From: an uncultured Pelagibacteraceae bacterium
Lineage (GTDB): Bacteria > Pseudomonadota > Alphaproteobacteria > Pelagibacterales > Pelagibacteraceae
Direction: 5' to 3'
DNA: 64,000 nt
NCBI GenBank assembly: GCA_902566805.1
Contig: CACFKJ010000001.1
Location: 7,325 to 71,324, forward strand
The notes below the pieces were generated by a model, which was not told where the DNA came from, did not search any database, and saw only the letters and a list, made by a program, of their open reading frames with translations. Shown one piece after another: positions 11,206 through 21,255 of this stretch (within the stretch, counting starts at the first letter, position 1; the number at the start of each line of letters is the position of its first letter). The translations under genes and the position numbers were made by a program.

Positions 11206-13100
11206 TGCTTAAGAATATTGTTTTTAATTAAGTCTTCTTTTATTTCATCTAAAATAGCTGGATCATCAATAGTTGCAGGCATTTTATATTCCTCTTTATC
11301 TGCTATTTTTCTTATTGTTCCCCTTAATATTTTTCCTGATCTAGTTTTGGGTAACCGCTTGATAACTATTACAACTTTAAATGCTGCAACTGGTCCAATT
11401 TTATCTCTTACCATTTGAATACATTCTTTTGAAATAGTATCTTCATCTTTTTTAACTCCGGCTTTTAAAACAACTAATCCTATAGGTATTTGTCCCTTTA
11501 ATTTATCTGAAATACCTAACACCGCACATTCTGCAACAGATTGATGTTCTGAAAGTACTTCTTCAATAGCTCCTGTTGAAAGTCTATGTCCTGCTACATT
11601 TATAATATCATCAGTTCTAGACATTATCCAAATATATCCATCTTCATCTATATGACCTGCATCATAAGTTTGATAATAACCTTTGTAATTTGTCATATAG
11701 TTTTCTTCATATCTTTGATCTGCGTTCCACAGTGTTGGAAATGTTCCCGGAGGAAGAGGGAGTTTGACTACTATATCTCCCATCTCATTTTCTTTTGCTA
11801 GAGTTTGATTTGGTTTAATTATTTTTACGTCATAACCGGGAACAGCTCTACATGCTGAGCCATATTTAGTTTTTTGCATCTCAATACCTGTACAATTTGA
11901 ACTTATCGCCCAGCTAGTTTCTGTCTGCCACCAATGATCAATTACTGGAACATTTAATAAATTCTCTGCCCACTTAATGGTGTCAGGGTCTGCTCTTTCT
12001 CCAGCAAGAAAAAGTGATTGAAATGAACTCAAATCGTATTTGGAAAAGAATTTACCTTCCGGATCTTCTTTTTTAATTGCTCTAAAAGCTGTTGGTGCTG
12101 TAAACAGGGATTTAACTTTATAATCAGAAATAATTTTCCAAAAAGCACCAGCATCTGGAGTACCAACTGGCTTTCCTTCAAAAAGTATAGTTGTACATCC
12201 TTTGAATAATGGTGCATAGACAATATAGGAATGACCAACTATCCAACCAATATCACTAGCAGACCACCATATATCGTCTTCATCAATATTATAGATATTT
12301 TTCATTGTCCATTTAAGCGCAACTATATGACCACCAATATCTCTTACAATTCCTTTTGGAACCCCGGTTGTTCCAGATGTGTAAAGTATATAAGCATATT
12401 CATTTGAACCCATTTCTACACAATCAACATCTTTTGCATTAGTTAATGATTCTTCCCAACTAATTTCTAATGGAGAATTTAATTTTACTTCATGACCCTT
12501 TCTTTGATAAAAAATAACTTTTTCCACTTTGTGTTTTGCAAGTTTTAATGCACCATCTACAAGAGGACGGTACTCAACAGTTCGACCAGGTTCAAAACCA
12601 CAAGATGCAGTAATCAAAATTTTAGCTTTACTATCATCTATTCTACTTGCAAGTTCGTTTGATGCAAAACCTCCGAATACGACTGAATGAATTGCTCCTA
12701 TCCTTCCACAAGCTAGCATCGCAATAACAGACTCTGGAATCATTGGCATGTAAATTATAACTCTGTCGCCTTTTTTTATCCCTTGTTCCTTTAGAGCTCC
12801 AGCGAATTTTGAAACTTTGTTTTTTAATTCTTTGTAAGAAAATTTTGCTTTATTTCCAGTTATTGGGCTATCATAAATTAAAGCAGTTTTATCACCTTTA
12901 CCTTGATCAATATGGAAGTCTAACGCATTATAGCAAGTATTGGTCTTTCCATCTTCAAACCATTTATAAAATGGAGGATTGGATTTATTTAATATTTTAG
13001 TTGGATTTTTAAACCAGAAAATATCTTTAGAAACATCCTCCCAGAACAATTCTGGATTTTTTATTGATTGCTCATAAATACTTTTATATTTATTTTCCAT
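11202..13100 (-). CDS. prpE: Propionyl-CoA synthetase / short-chain acyl-CoA ligase
   Basis: YTSGTTGVPKG, DHWWQTET, AGHRLSTG, LPKTRSGKILR. Confidence 0.85.
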   Translation of the reverse strand: MENKYKSIYEQSIKNPELFWEDVSKDIFWFKNPTKILNKSNPPFYKWFEDGKTNTCYNALDFHIDQGKGDKTALIYDSPITGNKAKFSYKELKNKVSKFAGALKEQGIKKGDRVIIYMPMIPESVIAMLACGRIGAIHSVVFGGFASNELASRIDDSKAKILITASCGFEPGRTVEYRPLVDGALKLAKHKVEKVIFYQRKGHEVKLNSPLEISWEESLTNAKDVDCVEMGSNEYAYILYTSGTTGVPKGIVRDIGGHIVALKWTMKNIYNIDEDDIWWSASDIGWIVGHSYIVYAPLFKGCTTILFEGKPVGTPDAGAFWKIISDYKVKSLFTAPTAFRAIKKEDPEGKFFSKYDLSSFQSLFLAGERADPDTIKWAENLLNVPVIDHWWQTETSWAISSNCTGIEMQKTKYGSACRAVPGYDVKIIKPNQTLAKENEMGDIVVKLPLPPGTFPTLWNADQRYEENYMTNYKGYYQTYDAGHIDEDGYIWIMSRTDDIINVAGHRLSTGAIEEVLSEHQSVAECAVLGISDKLKGQIPIGLVVLKAGVKKDEDTISKECIQMVRDKIGPVAAFKVVIVIKRLPKTRSGKILRGTIRKIADKEEYKMPATIDDPAILDEIKEDLIKNNILKQ

Positions 13101-13244
13101 ATTGATTTGTTTTAAAACCGTATTTTTAATGATTTTAACTAATGAATTGTATTTAATTTTAAAAAGTCAATAAAATCAATACAAATAAACTGCTAAAAAG
13201 TCTTCAATTAACTTATATAATTTGGTATCTAAGCAATTAACTGT

Positions 13245-13286
13245 GGTTCTATTGCGGAATAGAGCCTTAGTTTAAATTTAAACTAA
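13245..13286 (+). promoter_or_regulatory. Tandem hairpin and palindrome in proteorhodopsin 5' leader
   Basis: GGTTCTATT-gcgg-AATAGAGCC (13245-13266) followed by the perfect 20-bp palindrome TTAGTTTAAATTTAAACTAA (13267-13286), upstream of the GAGGGAG RBS. Confidence 0.5.
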
Positions 13287-13316
13287 AAAAAAACTAACTA
13301 AAAGAGGGAGTTTTTT

Positions 13317-14084
13317 ATGAAAAAACTAAAATTGTTTGCTCTTGCAGCTGTAGCCCTTATGGGTTTTTCAGGTGCAGCAAATGCAGAAACTGTCCTATTG
13401 GCGTCTGACGACTTTGTTGGAATTTCTTTTTGGGTAATTTCAATGGGTATGTTAGCTGCTACAGCCTTTTTCTTTTTAGAAAGAGGTTCAGTAGCCGCAG
13501 GCTGGAAAACATCAGTAACTGTGGCGGGACTTGTAACTGGTATTGCATTCATTCACTACATGTACATGAGAGGTGTTTGGGTTCAAACTGGTGATTCTCC
13601 AACAGTATACAGATACATTGATTGGTTAATTACAGTTCCATTACAGATGATAGAATTCTACTTAATTCTTGCAGCTGTAAGAAAAGTTGACGGAGGAATA
13701 TTCTGGAGACTTTTAATCGGATCTTTAGTAATGCTAATCGGTGGATACCTAGGTGAAGCTGGCTATATAAATGCTACGCTTGGATTTATAATTGGTATCG
13801 CTGGATGGATTTACATCTTATATGAAATATTCTCAGGAGAAGCTGGCAAAGCAGCTGCTAAAAGTGGTAACAAAGCATTAGTTACAGCTTTCAGTGCAAT
13901 GAGAATGATCGTAACAATTGGTTGGGCAATTTATCCACTAGGTTACATTTTTGGTTACCTAACAGGTGGAATAGATGCTAATTCACTAAACGTGATTTAC
14001 AACTTAGCAGACTTTATTAACAAGATCGCATTCGGTCTAGTTATTTGGGCTGCTGCGATGCAAGGTGCATCAAGATCTAGATAA
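13317..14084 (+). CDS. Proteorhodopsin, blue-absorbing type (Gln at tuning position 105)
   Basis: Signal peptide, YRYIDWLITVPLQMIEF (D97, Q105, E108 equivalents), ADFINK retinal Lys; strong RBS and codon usage typical of high expression. Confidence 0.97.
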   Translation: MKKLKLFALAAVALMGFSGAANAETVLLASDDFVGISFWVISMGMLAATAFFFLERGSVAAGWKTSVTVAGLVTGIAFIHYMYMRGVWVQTGDSPTVYRYIDWLITVPLQMIEFYLILAAVRKVDGGIFWRLLIGSLVMLIGGYLGEAGYINATLGFIIGIAGWIYILYEIFSGEAGKAAAKSGNKALVTAFSAMRMIVTIGWAIYPLGYIFGYLTGGIDANSLNVIYNLADFINKIAFGLVIWAAAMQGASRSR

Positions 14085-14100
14085 TATCTAAGATAATTTA

Positions 14101-14139
14101 AAAATAGGGCGAGTTTAGTTACTTGCCCTATTTTTTTTT
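14101..14139 (+). terminator. Rho-independent terminator after proteorhodopsin
   Basis: AAAATAGGGCGAGT-ttagtt-ACTTGCCCTATTTT followed by T run. Confidence 0.88.
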
Positions 14140-14156
14140 GTGATTATATAAAGTGA

Positions 14157-14476
<320 letters not shown>

Positions 14477-14477
<1 letters not shown>

Positions 14478-15493
14478 TGATTAACACAGATGTATTAATA
14501 ATTGGTGCCGGACCTACAGGTTTATTTGCTGCTCATCAAATTAATCTAATAGGTTTAAAATGTGAAATAGTTGACAATCTAGATAAAATCGGAGGTCAAT
14601 GTATTGAGTTATATCCAGATAAACCTATTTACGACATTCCGGCTGTTCCTGAATGTACCGGTGAAGAATTAACTAAAAACTTAATTAAACAGTTAAAACC
14701 TTTTGATATTAAATTTCATTTAAACGAGAGGGTTGATGAAGTTAAAAAAGTAAACGAAAAATGGGAAGTAAAAACAAACAAAGGAACAATGTTCACTACC
14801 CCAAATATTATAATTGCTGGAGGAGTGGGTTCTTTTGAGCCCAGAAAGTTTTCTCCAAAAGAATGTGAAAAATTTGAAAATAAATCTGTATTTTACTCTA
14901 TTAAAGATAAAAGTATTTTTAACGGTAAAAAAGTATCAATTTTTGGAGGTGGAGATAGCGCTTTAGATTGGGCAATAGAATTATCAAATACTTCTAGTGT
15001 AAATCTTATTCATAGAAGAGATGAGTTTAGAGCCGCTCAAGCCAGTGTGGATAAGGTCAAGGAGCTTGCAAATGAGGGTAAAATTAAATTATTAACAAAA
15101 TATCAACTTAAAAATGCGAATGGATCAGAAAAATTAGAAAGTATTGACATAATGCATGATGATAAAAATATAATAAATCTAAAGTCTGATTTTGTATTAG
15201 GCTTTTTTGGTTTAATAATGCAGCTTGGCCCAATAGCTAACTGGGGTTTAAATTTAAATAAAAAAACAATTGAAGTAGATACAGAAAAATTTGAAACAAA
15301 TCAAAAAGGAATTTATGCAATTGGTGATATATGTAATTATCCTGGAAAGTTGAAATTAATTTTATCAGGATTTCATGAAGGTGCTCTTGCAGCGAGAGCA
15401 TGCTTTAAATTGGCTAGACCTAATGAAAAATATCGGTTTGAATTTACTACAACATCATCAAATTTAAAAAGTAGACTAGGTATAAAAGAGTGA
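14477..15493 (+). CDS. Ferredoxin-NADP+ reductase, TrxB-like
   Basis: GAGPTG, YPDKPIYDIPA, GGGDSALD, GKLKLILSGF; no CxxC. Confidence 0.9.
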
Positions 15494-16119
15494 TCGAATT
15501 ATTTTCTGCTGATACCCCAAATGGAAAAAAAATAGGTATTATGTTAGAAGAAATTGGATTTGAATATAGAGTTACTAATGTTGATCTAGGAAAAGGCGAA
15601 CAATTTGAAGAGAAGTTTAGAAACATAAGTCCATTTAGCAAAATCCCAGTTATAATTGATCATGAAAACAACAATGAGGCTATTTTTGAATCAGGAGCAA
15701 TTCTTATGTATCTGGGTGAAAGAAGTAATAAATTTTATGATAAAGAAAACAGAAATAAAATTAATCAATGGTTAATGGCCCAAATGGGATATGTAGGACC
15801 CATAATAGGTCAGCATCATCAATTTCATCATTATAATCCTGGAAAAAGCAAATTCGGAGAAGAGAGATACTTTAAAATTTCAAAATCTATTTACAAAGAT
15901 TTAGATGAAAGGTTATCCCAATCTAAATATTTAGCAGGTGAAAATTATTCAATTGCAGATATTGCTACATGGCCATGGATAGCAAGACATGAGTGGCATG
16001 ATATAGGTTTAAAAAATTTTCAAAACTTAACCAGGTGGTATTTAGATATTGCTAAAAGAGAAGGAGTAATAAAAGGATATAATTTTATGAAAAAAGGAGA
16101 ACCTATTCCTCTTCCTTAA
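15490..16119 (+). CDS. Glutathione S-transferase (YfcG/YghU-like)
   Basis: TPNG, KIPVI, FESGAIL, YSIADIATWPW; GTG start overlapping upstream stop. Confidence 0.9.
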   Translation: MIELFSADTPNGKKIGIMLEEIGFEYRVTNVDLGKGEQFEEKFRNISPFSKIPVIIDHENNNEAIFESGAILMYLGERSNKFYDKENRNKINQWLMAQMGYVGPIIGQHHQFHHYNPGKSKFGEERYFKISKSIYKDLDERLSQSKYLAGENYSIADIATWPWIARHEWHDIGLKNFQNLTRWYLDIAKREGVIKGYNFMKKGEPIPLP

Positions 16120-16532
16120 TCGTCCGCGTAAACTTTTTCATTTTTTTCATGTTTTTCTTGAGCAGCAATACATAAAGTTGCGACTGGTCTTGCCATTAAT
16201 CTTTTCAAACCAATTGGTTCACCAGTTTCTTCACAAAAACCATAGGTTCCATCATTAATTTTTTTTAAAGCTGAGTCTATTTTAGATATCAGTTTAATTT
16301 GTCTATTAATTGCTCTAAGTTCTACATTTTTTTCCGTATAAGAACTTGCTTGGTCAACAATGTCTGCGGATGTACTATTGTCATCCAATGAACTATTAAA
16401 TAATGCATCATTACTACTTCTTTTCAAATCATTCTTCCAATCAAGAAGTTTTTTTTTAAAAAAAGCAAGATGCTTTGCACACATATATTTTTCTTTTTCT
16501 TTTGGGATATATGATTTTGAGATTTTGACCAT
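16116..16532 (-). CDS. dksA: RNA polymerase-binding factor DksA
   Basis: DIVDQA coiled-coil tip, YGFCEETGEPIGLKRLMARPVATLC (two-Cys alphaproteobacterial form). Confidence 0.95.
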   Translation of the reverse strand: MVKISKSYIPKEKEKYMCAKHLAFFKKKLLDWKNDLKRSSNDALFNSSLDDNSTSADIVDQASSYTEKNVELRAINRQIKLISKIDSALKKINDGTYGFCEETGEPIGLKRLMARPVATLCIAAQEKHEKNEKVYADD

Positions 16533-16610
16533 GGTCTAATTTTAATCGTGGTGAATATATTCATGAATTTAGGGGTGTCAAGAAAGCATTAATTGTATAA
16601 ATTAAGCAAA

Positions 16611-17909
16611 ATGGCCTTAAATAAAAAGAATATATTAAAATTATTTTACTTATTTCTTTCCACCCACTTATTTTTGTGGATATTGATTCCATCTTTTACA
16701 AACAATAATTTACCCCTTGATACTATAGAAGCACTTGCCTGGGGAAGCAATTTAGATTGGGGTTTTAATAAACATCCACCAATGAGTGCATTTTTCGTTG
16801 AGATTTTTTTTCAAATATTTGGATCTCAAGATTGGGCATATTATTTATTAAGTCAAATTTGTGTAATAATTTCTTTTTTTATTGTTTTTAAATTTGCTGA
16901 AGATTTTTTTGAAAATAAATTATTTTGTTTATTTTCTGTTTTGCTATTAGAAGGAATTTATTTTTATAATTTCACTACACCAGAATTCAATGTAAATGTT
17001 TGTTTAATGCCTTTCTGGGCATTAACAGTTTTATATTTATGGAAAGGTTTTAAAAATAATAAAACTACTTACTGGTTATTGTTTGGTTTATTTTCTGCAT
17101 TTGGATTTTTATCAAAATATTTATTTATGTATTTGGGATTAGCCATAGATATTTTTTTAGCCTATATGCTTTATAAGAAAAAAATTAATTTTAAATGCAT
17201 AATATCTTTAATTCCTTTTTTGATAGTTTTATTACCACATTTAATTTGGCTGACCGAAAATGATTATATTACAATTACATACGGTCTTCATCGAACTGGA
17301 GCAGAAGATCCAAATATTTTAAATCATATTAAACACCCTTTAATATTTTTGATAAAGCAAATAGGAATACTTTCACCTTTCATTTTGATGTTTTTATTTT
17401 TAAATAATAAATTAAAACTAAATTTAGATTTTCTTGATAATAAATTATTATTTTTAATTTCCATTACTATTCTTCCAATATTACTAGTTTGTTTAACTTC
17501 TATGTTTATGGGTGTAAAAATTAGAACTATGTGGATGTCACCATTTTATTTATTTTTTGGAGTTTTAGTTATTTATATTTTTCAATCTAAAATTGATTTG
17601 AGTAATTTAAGAGGATTTACCATTACATTTATTATTTTGTTTATTTTGTCACCATTTGCATATGCGTTTATATCACTTACTAAAACAGATAAGAGAACTG
17701 ATTATCAGGGAAAGGTAATTGCTGAAAAGGTTCAAAAAATATGGGAAAAAAAATATAATACTGAAATAAAATTTGTTTATGGAGATGAATGGATAGCAGG
17801 TAATTTATCATATCATTTAAAAACAAGACCAAAATGGAATGGAGGAGTTAAATGTTGCGTAATTTCAGATGGCACAAACAATGTAGAGTATATGGAGATA
17901 GTTAAATGA
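16611..17909 (+). CDS. GT39/ArnT-like polytopic lipid-linked glycosyltransferase
   Basis: DTIEALAWG..WGFNKHPP, GFLSKY, PHLIWL, many TM helices; ATG 16611 preferred over TTG 16593. Confidence 0.85.
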   Translation: MALNKKNILKLFYLFLSTHLFLWILIPSFTNNNLPLDTIEALAWGSNLDWGFNKHPPMSAFFVEIFFQIFGSQDWAYYLLSQICVIISFFIVFKFAEDFFENKLFCLFSVLLLEGIYFYNFTTPEFNVNVCLMPFWALTVLYLWKGFKNNKTTYWLLFGLFSAFGFLSKYLFMYLGLAIDIFLAYMLYKKKINFKCIISLIPFLIVLLPHLIWLTENDYITITYGLHRTGAEDPNILNHIKHPLIFLIKQIGILSPFILMFLFLNNKLKLNLDFLDNKLLFLISITILPILLVCLTSMFMGVKIRTMWMSPFYLFFGVLVIYIFQSKIDLSNLRGFTITFIILFILSPFAYAFISLTKTDKRTDYQGKVIAEKVQKIWEKKYNTEIKFVYGDEWIAGNLSYHLKTRPKWNGGVKCCVISDGTNNVEYMEIVK

Positions 17910-18031
17910 ACTTTCAGATTAGTGACAAATGGAAAAAAATATTATTTATTATAGCAATTGTTGCAGTGATTGAGTTTTCAGGTTTTGGTATAATCGCATC
18001 TTTATTTAGACTTTTAAGCTCAGCAAGCTAA
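17906..18031 (+). CDS. Small 41-aa membrane peptide (absent from ORF track)
   Basis: MNFQISDKWKKILFIIAIVAVIEFSGFGIIASLFRLLSSAS; ATGA overlap with the GT39 stop, GGAG upstream, fills the gap to the next gene. Confidence 0.65.
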   Translation: MNFQISDKWKKILFIIAIVAVIEFSGFGIIASLFRLLSSAS

Positions 18032-18038
18032 ATAAGAT

Positions 18039-19040
18039 ATGAATAATTTAGATAATATAATAAATTTTATAAATAAGGTTCCAAAGGCAGAACTACATTT
18101 ACATATTGAGGGAAGTTTGGAACCTGAGCTGATGTTTAAACTATCTAAAAGAAATAAAGTTGAGATCCCTTTCAAATCTGTAGAGGAAATTAAGTCTGCA
18201 TATAATTTTAAAAATTTAGACTCTTTTTTGAAAATTTATTATGAGGGATCGAATGTATTGATTACAGAAGAGGATTTTTTCGATCTTACATGGGAATACA
18301 TTTTAAGATGTAAGAATGATAACATAGTGCATACAGAAATATTTTTTGATCCCCAGTCACATACGGAAAGAGGAATAGAATTTGATGTAGTTATAAATGG
18401 AATTAATAAAGCTTTAAAAAAAGCAAATTCTGATTTTGGCATTACATCAAAAATTATAATGTGTTTTTTAAGACACTTAGACGAGGACCCTTGTTTTGAA
18501 GTTTTAAATCAAGCTCTAAAACATAAAGATAAAATTATTGGTGTTGGCCTAGACTCTTCAGAAAAAGGCAACCCACCTCAAAAATTTAAAAAATTGTTTG
18601 AAACAGCAATTCAAGAAGGTTTTTTGACAGTTGCACATGCTGGAGAAGAAGGTCCTCCAGAATATATTTGGGATAGTTTAAATTTACTCAAAGTAAAAAG
18701 AATTGATCATGGGGTTCAATGTTTAAGAGATGATAAGCTTGTAGAAACACTAAAACAAAAAAATATTCCTCTGACAGTCTGTCCTTTATCAAATATAAAA
18801 CTTTGTGTTTTCGAAAAACTTGAAAATCATAACTTAAAAAAAATGTTAGATAAAGGTTTGAGAGTAATGGTTAACTCAGATGATCCTGCATATTTTGGAG
18901 GGTACCTAAATAAAAATTTAATTGAAACTTCAAAAGCTCTCAATTTAAACATGGTAGATGTAAGAGTTTTAATTGAAAATTCTTTTAAATCATCATTTTT
19001 GGATGAAAATAGTAAAAATAATTGGCTGGGTAAGATATAA
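18039..19040 (+). CDS. Adenine deaminase (adenosine-deaminase fold, Pseudomonas PA0148-like)
   Basis: PKAELHLHIEG, FFDPQSH, HAGEEG, RIDHG, NSDDPAYFGG. Confidence 0.88.
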   Translation: MNNLDNIINFINKVPKAELHLHIEGSLEPELMFKLSKRNKVEIPFKSVEEIKSAYNFKNLDSFLKIYYEGSNVLITEEDFFDLTWEYILRCKNDNIVHTEIFFDPQSHTERGIEFDVVINGINKALKKANSDFGITSKIIMCFLRHLDEDPCFEVLNQALKHKDKIIGVGLDSSEKGNPPQKFKKLFETAIQEGFLTVAHAGEEGPPEYIWDSLNLLKVKRIDHGVQCLRDDKLVETLKQKNIPLTVCPLSNIKLCVFEKLENHNLKKMLDKGLRVMVNSDDPAYFGGYLNKNLIETSKALNLNMVDVRVLIENSFKSSFLDENSKNNWLGKI

Positions 19041-19054
19041 TTTAAAATATTTAG

Positions 19055-19924
19055 ATGAATATTAAAATTCTAATACCTGTTTTTAATGATTGGGAATCTC
19101 TAAATAAACTTTTAGAAGAAATAAACTTAATTATAAATGGATTAGGACACAATTTTTCAGTTTTAATTATAAATGATGCATCTACAGAAAGTAGGGCAGA
19201 AAATTTATTAAGTTTGGATAATTTTCAATCGGTCAAAGTAATTAATATGAATGAAAATAGAGGGCACGCGAGATGCAATGCTGCTGGTTTAAAATATATA
19301 TTAGAAAATGAGGATTTTGATTATGTAATTCCAATGGATGGAGATGGAGAAGATAGGCCAGAGGAGATAAAACAATTTATAGATAATTTAAATTATCATC
19401 CAAGCAAAGTAATTGTTGGTGAGAGAGTAAAAAGATCAGAAGGTATATTTTTTAGATTTTGCTATTTTGTTCATAAAATAATTACATTTGTTTTTACTGG
19501 ACAGTCTATAAAATTTGGAAATTATACATTTCTTCCAAAATTAATAGTTCAGAAAATGATTGATGAAAAAGCTACATGGAGCAGTTTCTCAGGATCTTTG
19601 GCAAAAATTGAAAAAGATAGAGCGACCATTCCATCAATAAGAGGGTCAAGATATTTTGGACCTACAAAAATGAATTTTAAAAGTTTACTTATTCATTCAC
19701 TATCAATAATCGGAGTTTTTAAAATTTCTTTAATTATAAGATCAATTTTATTTTCTTTAGTTTATTTTTTTCTTATTTCTGAAAATATTTCTATAATAAC
19801 ATTAGTACCTATATTTTTAATAATTATTCTTGTTATTTTAACTTTGTTAGTTTCTAAAAGAGAAAATATGGAAGAGTTCAATAATTCTCTTTCTAATATT
19901 AACAATATTGAGAAAATTAAATAA
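19055..19924 (+). CDS. GT2 polyprenol-phosphate glycosyltransferase
   Basis: IPVFND, INDAS, NRGH, MDGDGEDRPE, C-terminal TM helices. Confidence 0.87.
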   Translation: MNIKILIPVFNDWESLNKLLEEINLIINGLGHNFSVLIINDASTESRAENLLSLDNFQSVKVINMNENRGHARCNAAGLKYILENEDFDYVIPMDGDGEDRPEEIKQFIDNLNYHPSKVIVGERVKRSEGIFFRFCYFVHKIITFVFTGQSIKFGNYTFLPKLIVQKMIDEKATWSSFSGSLAKIEKDRATIPSIRGSRYFGPTKMNFKSLLIHSLSIIGVFKISLIIRSILFSLVYFFLISENISIITLVPIFLIIILVILTLLVSKRENMEEFNNSLSNINNIEKIK

Positions 19925-20377
19925 ATGAAAAAACTTATAATAATATTTTTAACCTTATTTTGGAGTAATATTTCTTTAGCGAATAATCTTAAAGTTGTCG
20001 ATGGAGATACAATAATATTAAATGGAGAAAAAATCCGTTTTTTAGGAATAGATACACCTGAGCTTAAACAGACTTGTTTGAATAATAATGATGTAGTGTA
20101 CTGCGGCAAGACAGCAAAAATTTTATTAGTAAATAAAATTGGCAACGAAACTCCCAAGTGTATTACTGAGGGAAAAGATCAATATAATAGAACATTGGCA
20201 GAATGTTTTGTAAATGGTGAAAGTTTATCAAAATATTTAGTGAGAAGTGGTTATGCTTTTGCTTATAGAAAATATTCAAGTAAGTTTATTGAAGATGAAG
20301 ATTTTGCAAAATCAAATAAAAATGGAATGTGGGCAATGAAATTTAAATATCCATGGGATTTTAGGAAGGGATTGTGA
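19925..20377 (+). CDS. Secreted thermonuclease (SNase family)
   Basis: Signal peptide, VVDGDT, RFLGIDTPE, DQYNRTLA, GMW..PWDFR. Confidence 0.92.
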   Translation: MKKLIIIFLTLFWSNISLANNLKVVDGDTIILNGEKIRFLGIDTPELKQTCLNNNDVVYCGKTAKILLVNKIGNETPKCITEGKDQYNRTLAECFVNGESLSKYLVRSGYAFAYRKYSSKFIEDEDFAKSNKNGMWAMKFKYPWDFRKGL

Positions 20378-21255
20378 GAAAAATTTTAGGAATTTTATTT
20401 TTTAGTTTACTAATATGTAATTATAGCTTTGCTGAGGCAGAAAAAGTACTTAAAGAAATAAAAAAAAACAAAGATATTGCTAGAGGATTTAATAAGGTTG
20501 ATGAATATGGTCAAAAAAATAAATGGAGAGTTGTAAATAAAAAAATATTAAAATCTGATAAAAATAAAAGAAAACATATTCTCAAAATTGTAGATAAAAG
20601 CAAAGGATACCCTGTAAGATTAGGTAATCAATCAATTAGGTTTGAAGTAAGAGCAGGAGATTCTTGGGGCTGGGACTCTAGAAATGATAGAGAAAGAGTA
20701 GAATTAATAATTTGCTGTTTTAACAAAACACATTGGAATGCTTGGTCTATATACTTACCTGAAGATTTTCCAATTATATTTCCTACAAAAGTTGCAATGG
20801 GTCAATTTCATAATGATGGAGATAATCCACCAGAATTTATGTTTCAAAATCAATATGATAAATACTCAAAGTCAAAGGCAGGAGGTTATTGGGTAACTCC
20901 AGCTGAAAGTATCAGTGACCATATTTCAAAAAAACTTTTAGATCAAAAAGATATGTTAGGAAAATGGAATGATATATTAATAAATGCAAAATGGACTCAT
21001 AAAGAAAATGGTTTTTTTAAGATTTGGATAAATGGAAAATTATTATACGAACATAAAGGAAAAACTCTTTTAAAAGGAGATGTCATAGAGCATCAATTAG
21101 GAATTTATAGATCATTTGTCTCAAGAACTGCTGGATCAGACCCAACCCAAATAGCTTATTATGATGAACTTAGATACGCAAGGTCTTGCAAAAAACTTAA
21201 ATTAAAAGATTTAGGTTATTCTTGTAAGGAAATAGAAGGTCAAAGTATAAAATGA
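20374..21255 (+). CDS. Secreted polysaccharide-lyase-like protein (heparin lyase I / Polysacc_lyase jelly-roll)
   Basis: Signal peptide, RFEVRAGD..RERVEL, WSIYLP, GQFH, GKWND..KIWING, LGIYR, YYDE. Confidence 0.72.
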   Translation: MRKILGILFFSLLICNYSFAEAEKVLKEIKKNKDIARGFNKVDEYGQKNKWRVVNKKILKSDKNKRKHILKIVDKSKGYPVRLGNQSIRFEVRAGDSWGWDSRNDRERVELIICCFNKTHWNAWSIYLPEDFPIIFPTKVAMGQFHNDGDNPPEFMFQNQYDKYSKSKAGGYWVTPAESISDHISKKLLDQKDMLGKWNDILINAKWTHKENGFFKIWINGKLLYEHKGKTLLKGDVIEHQLGIYRSFVSRTAGSDPTQIAYYDELRYARSCKKLKLKDLGYSCKEIEGQSIK

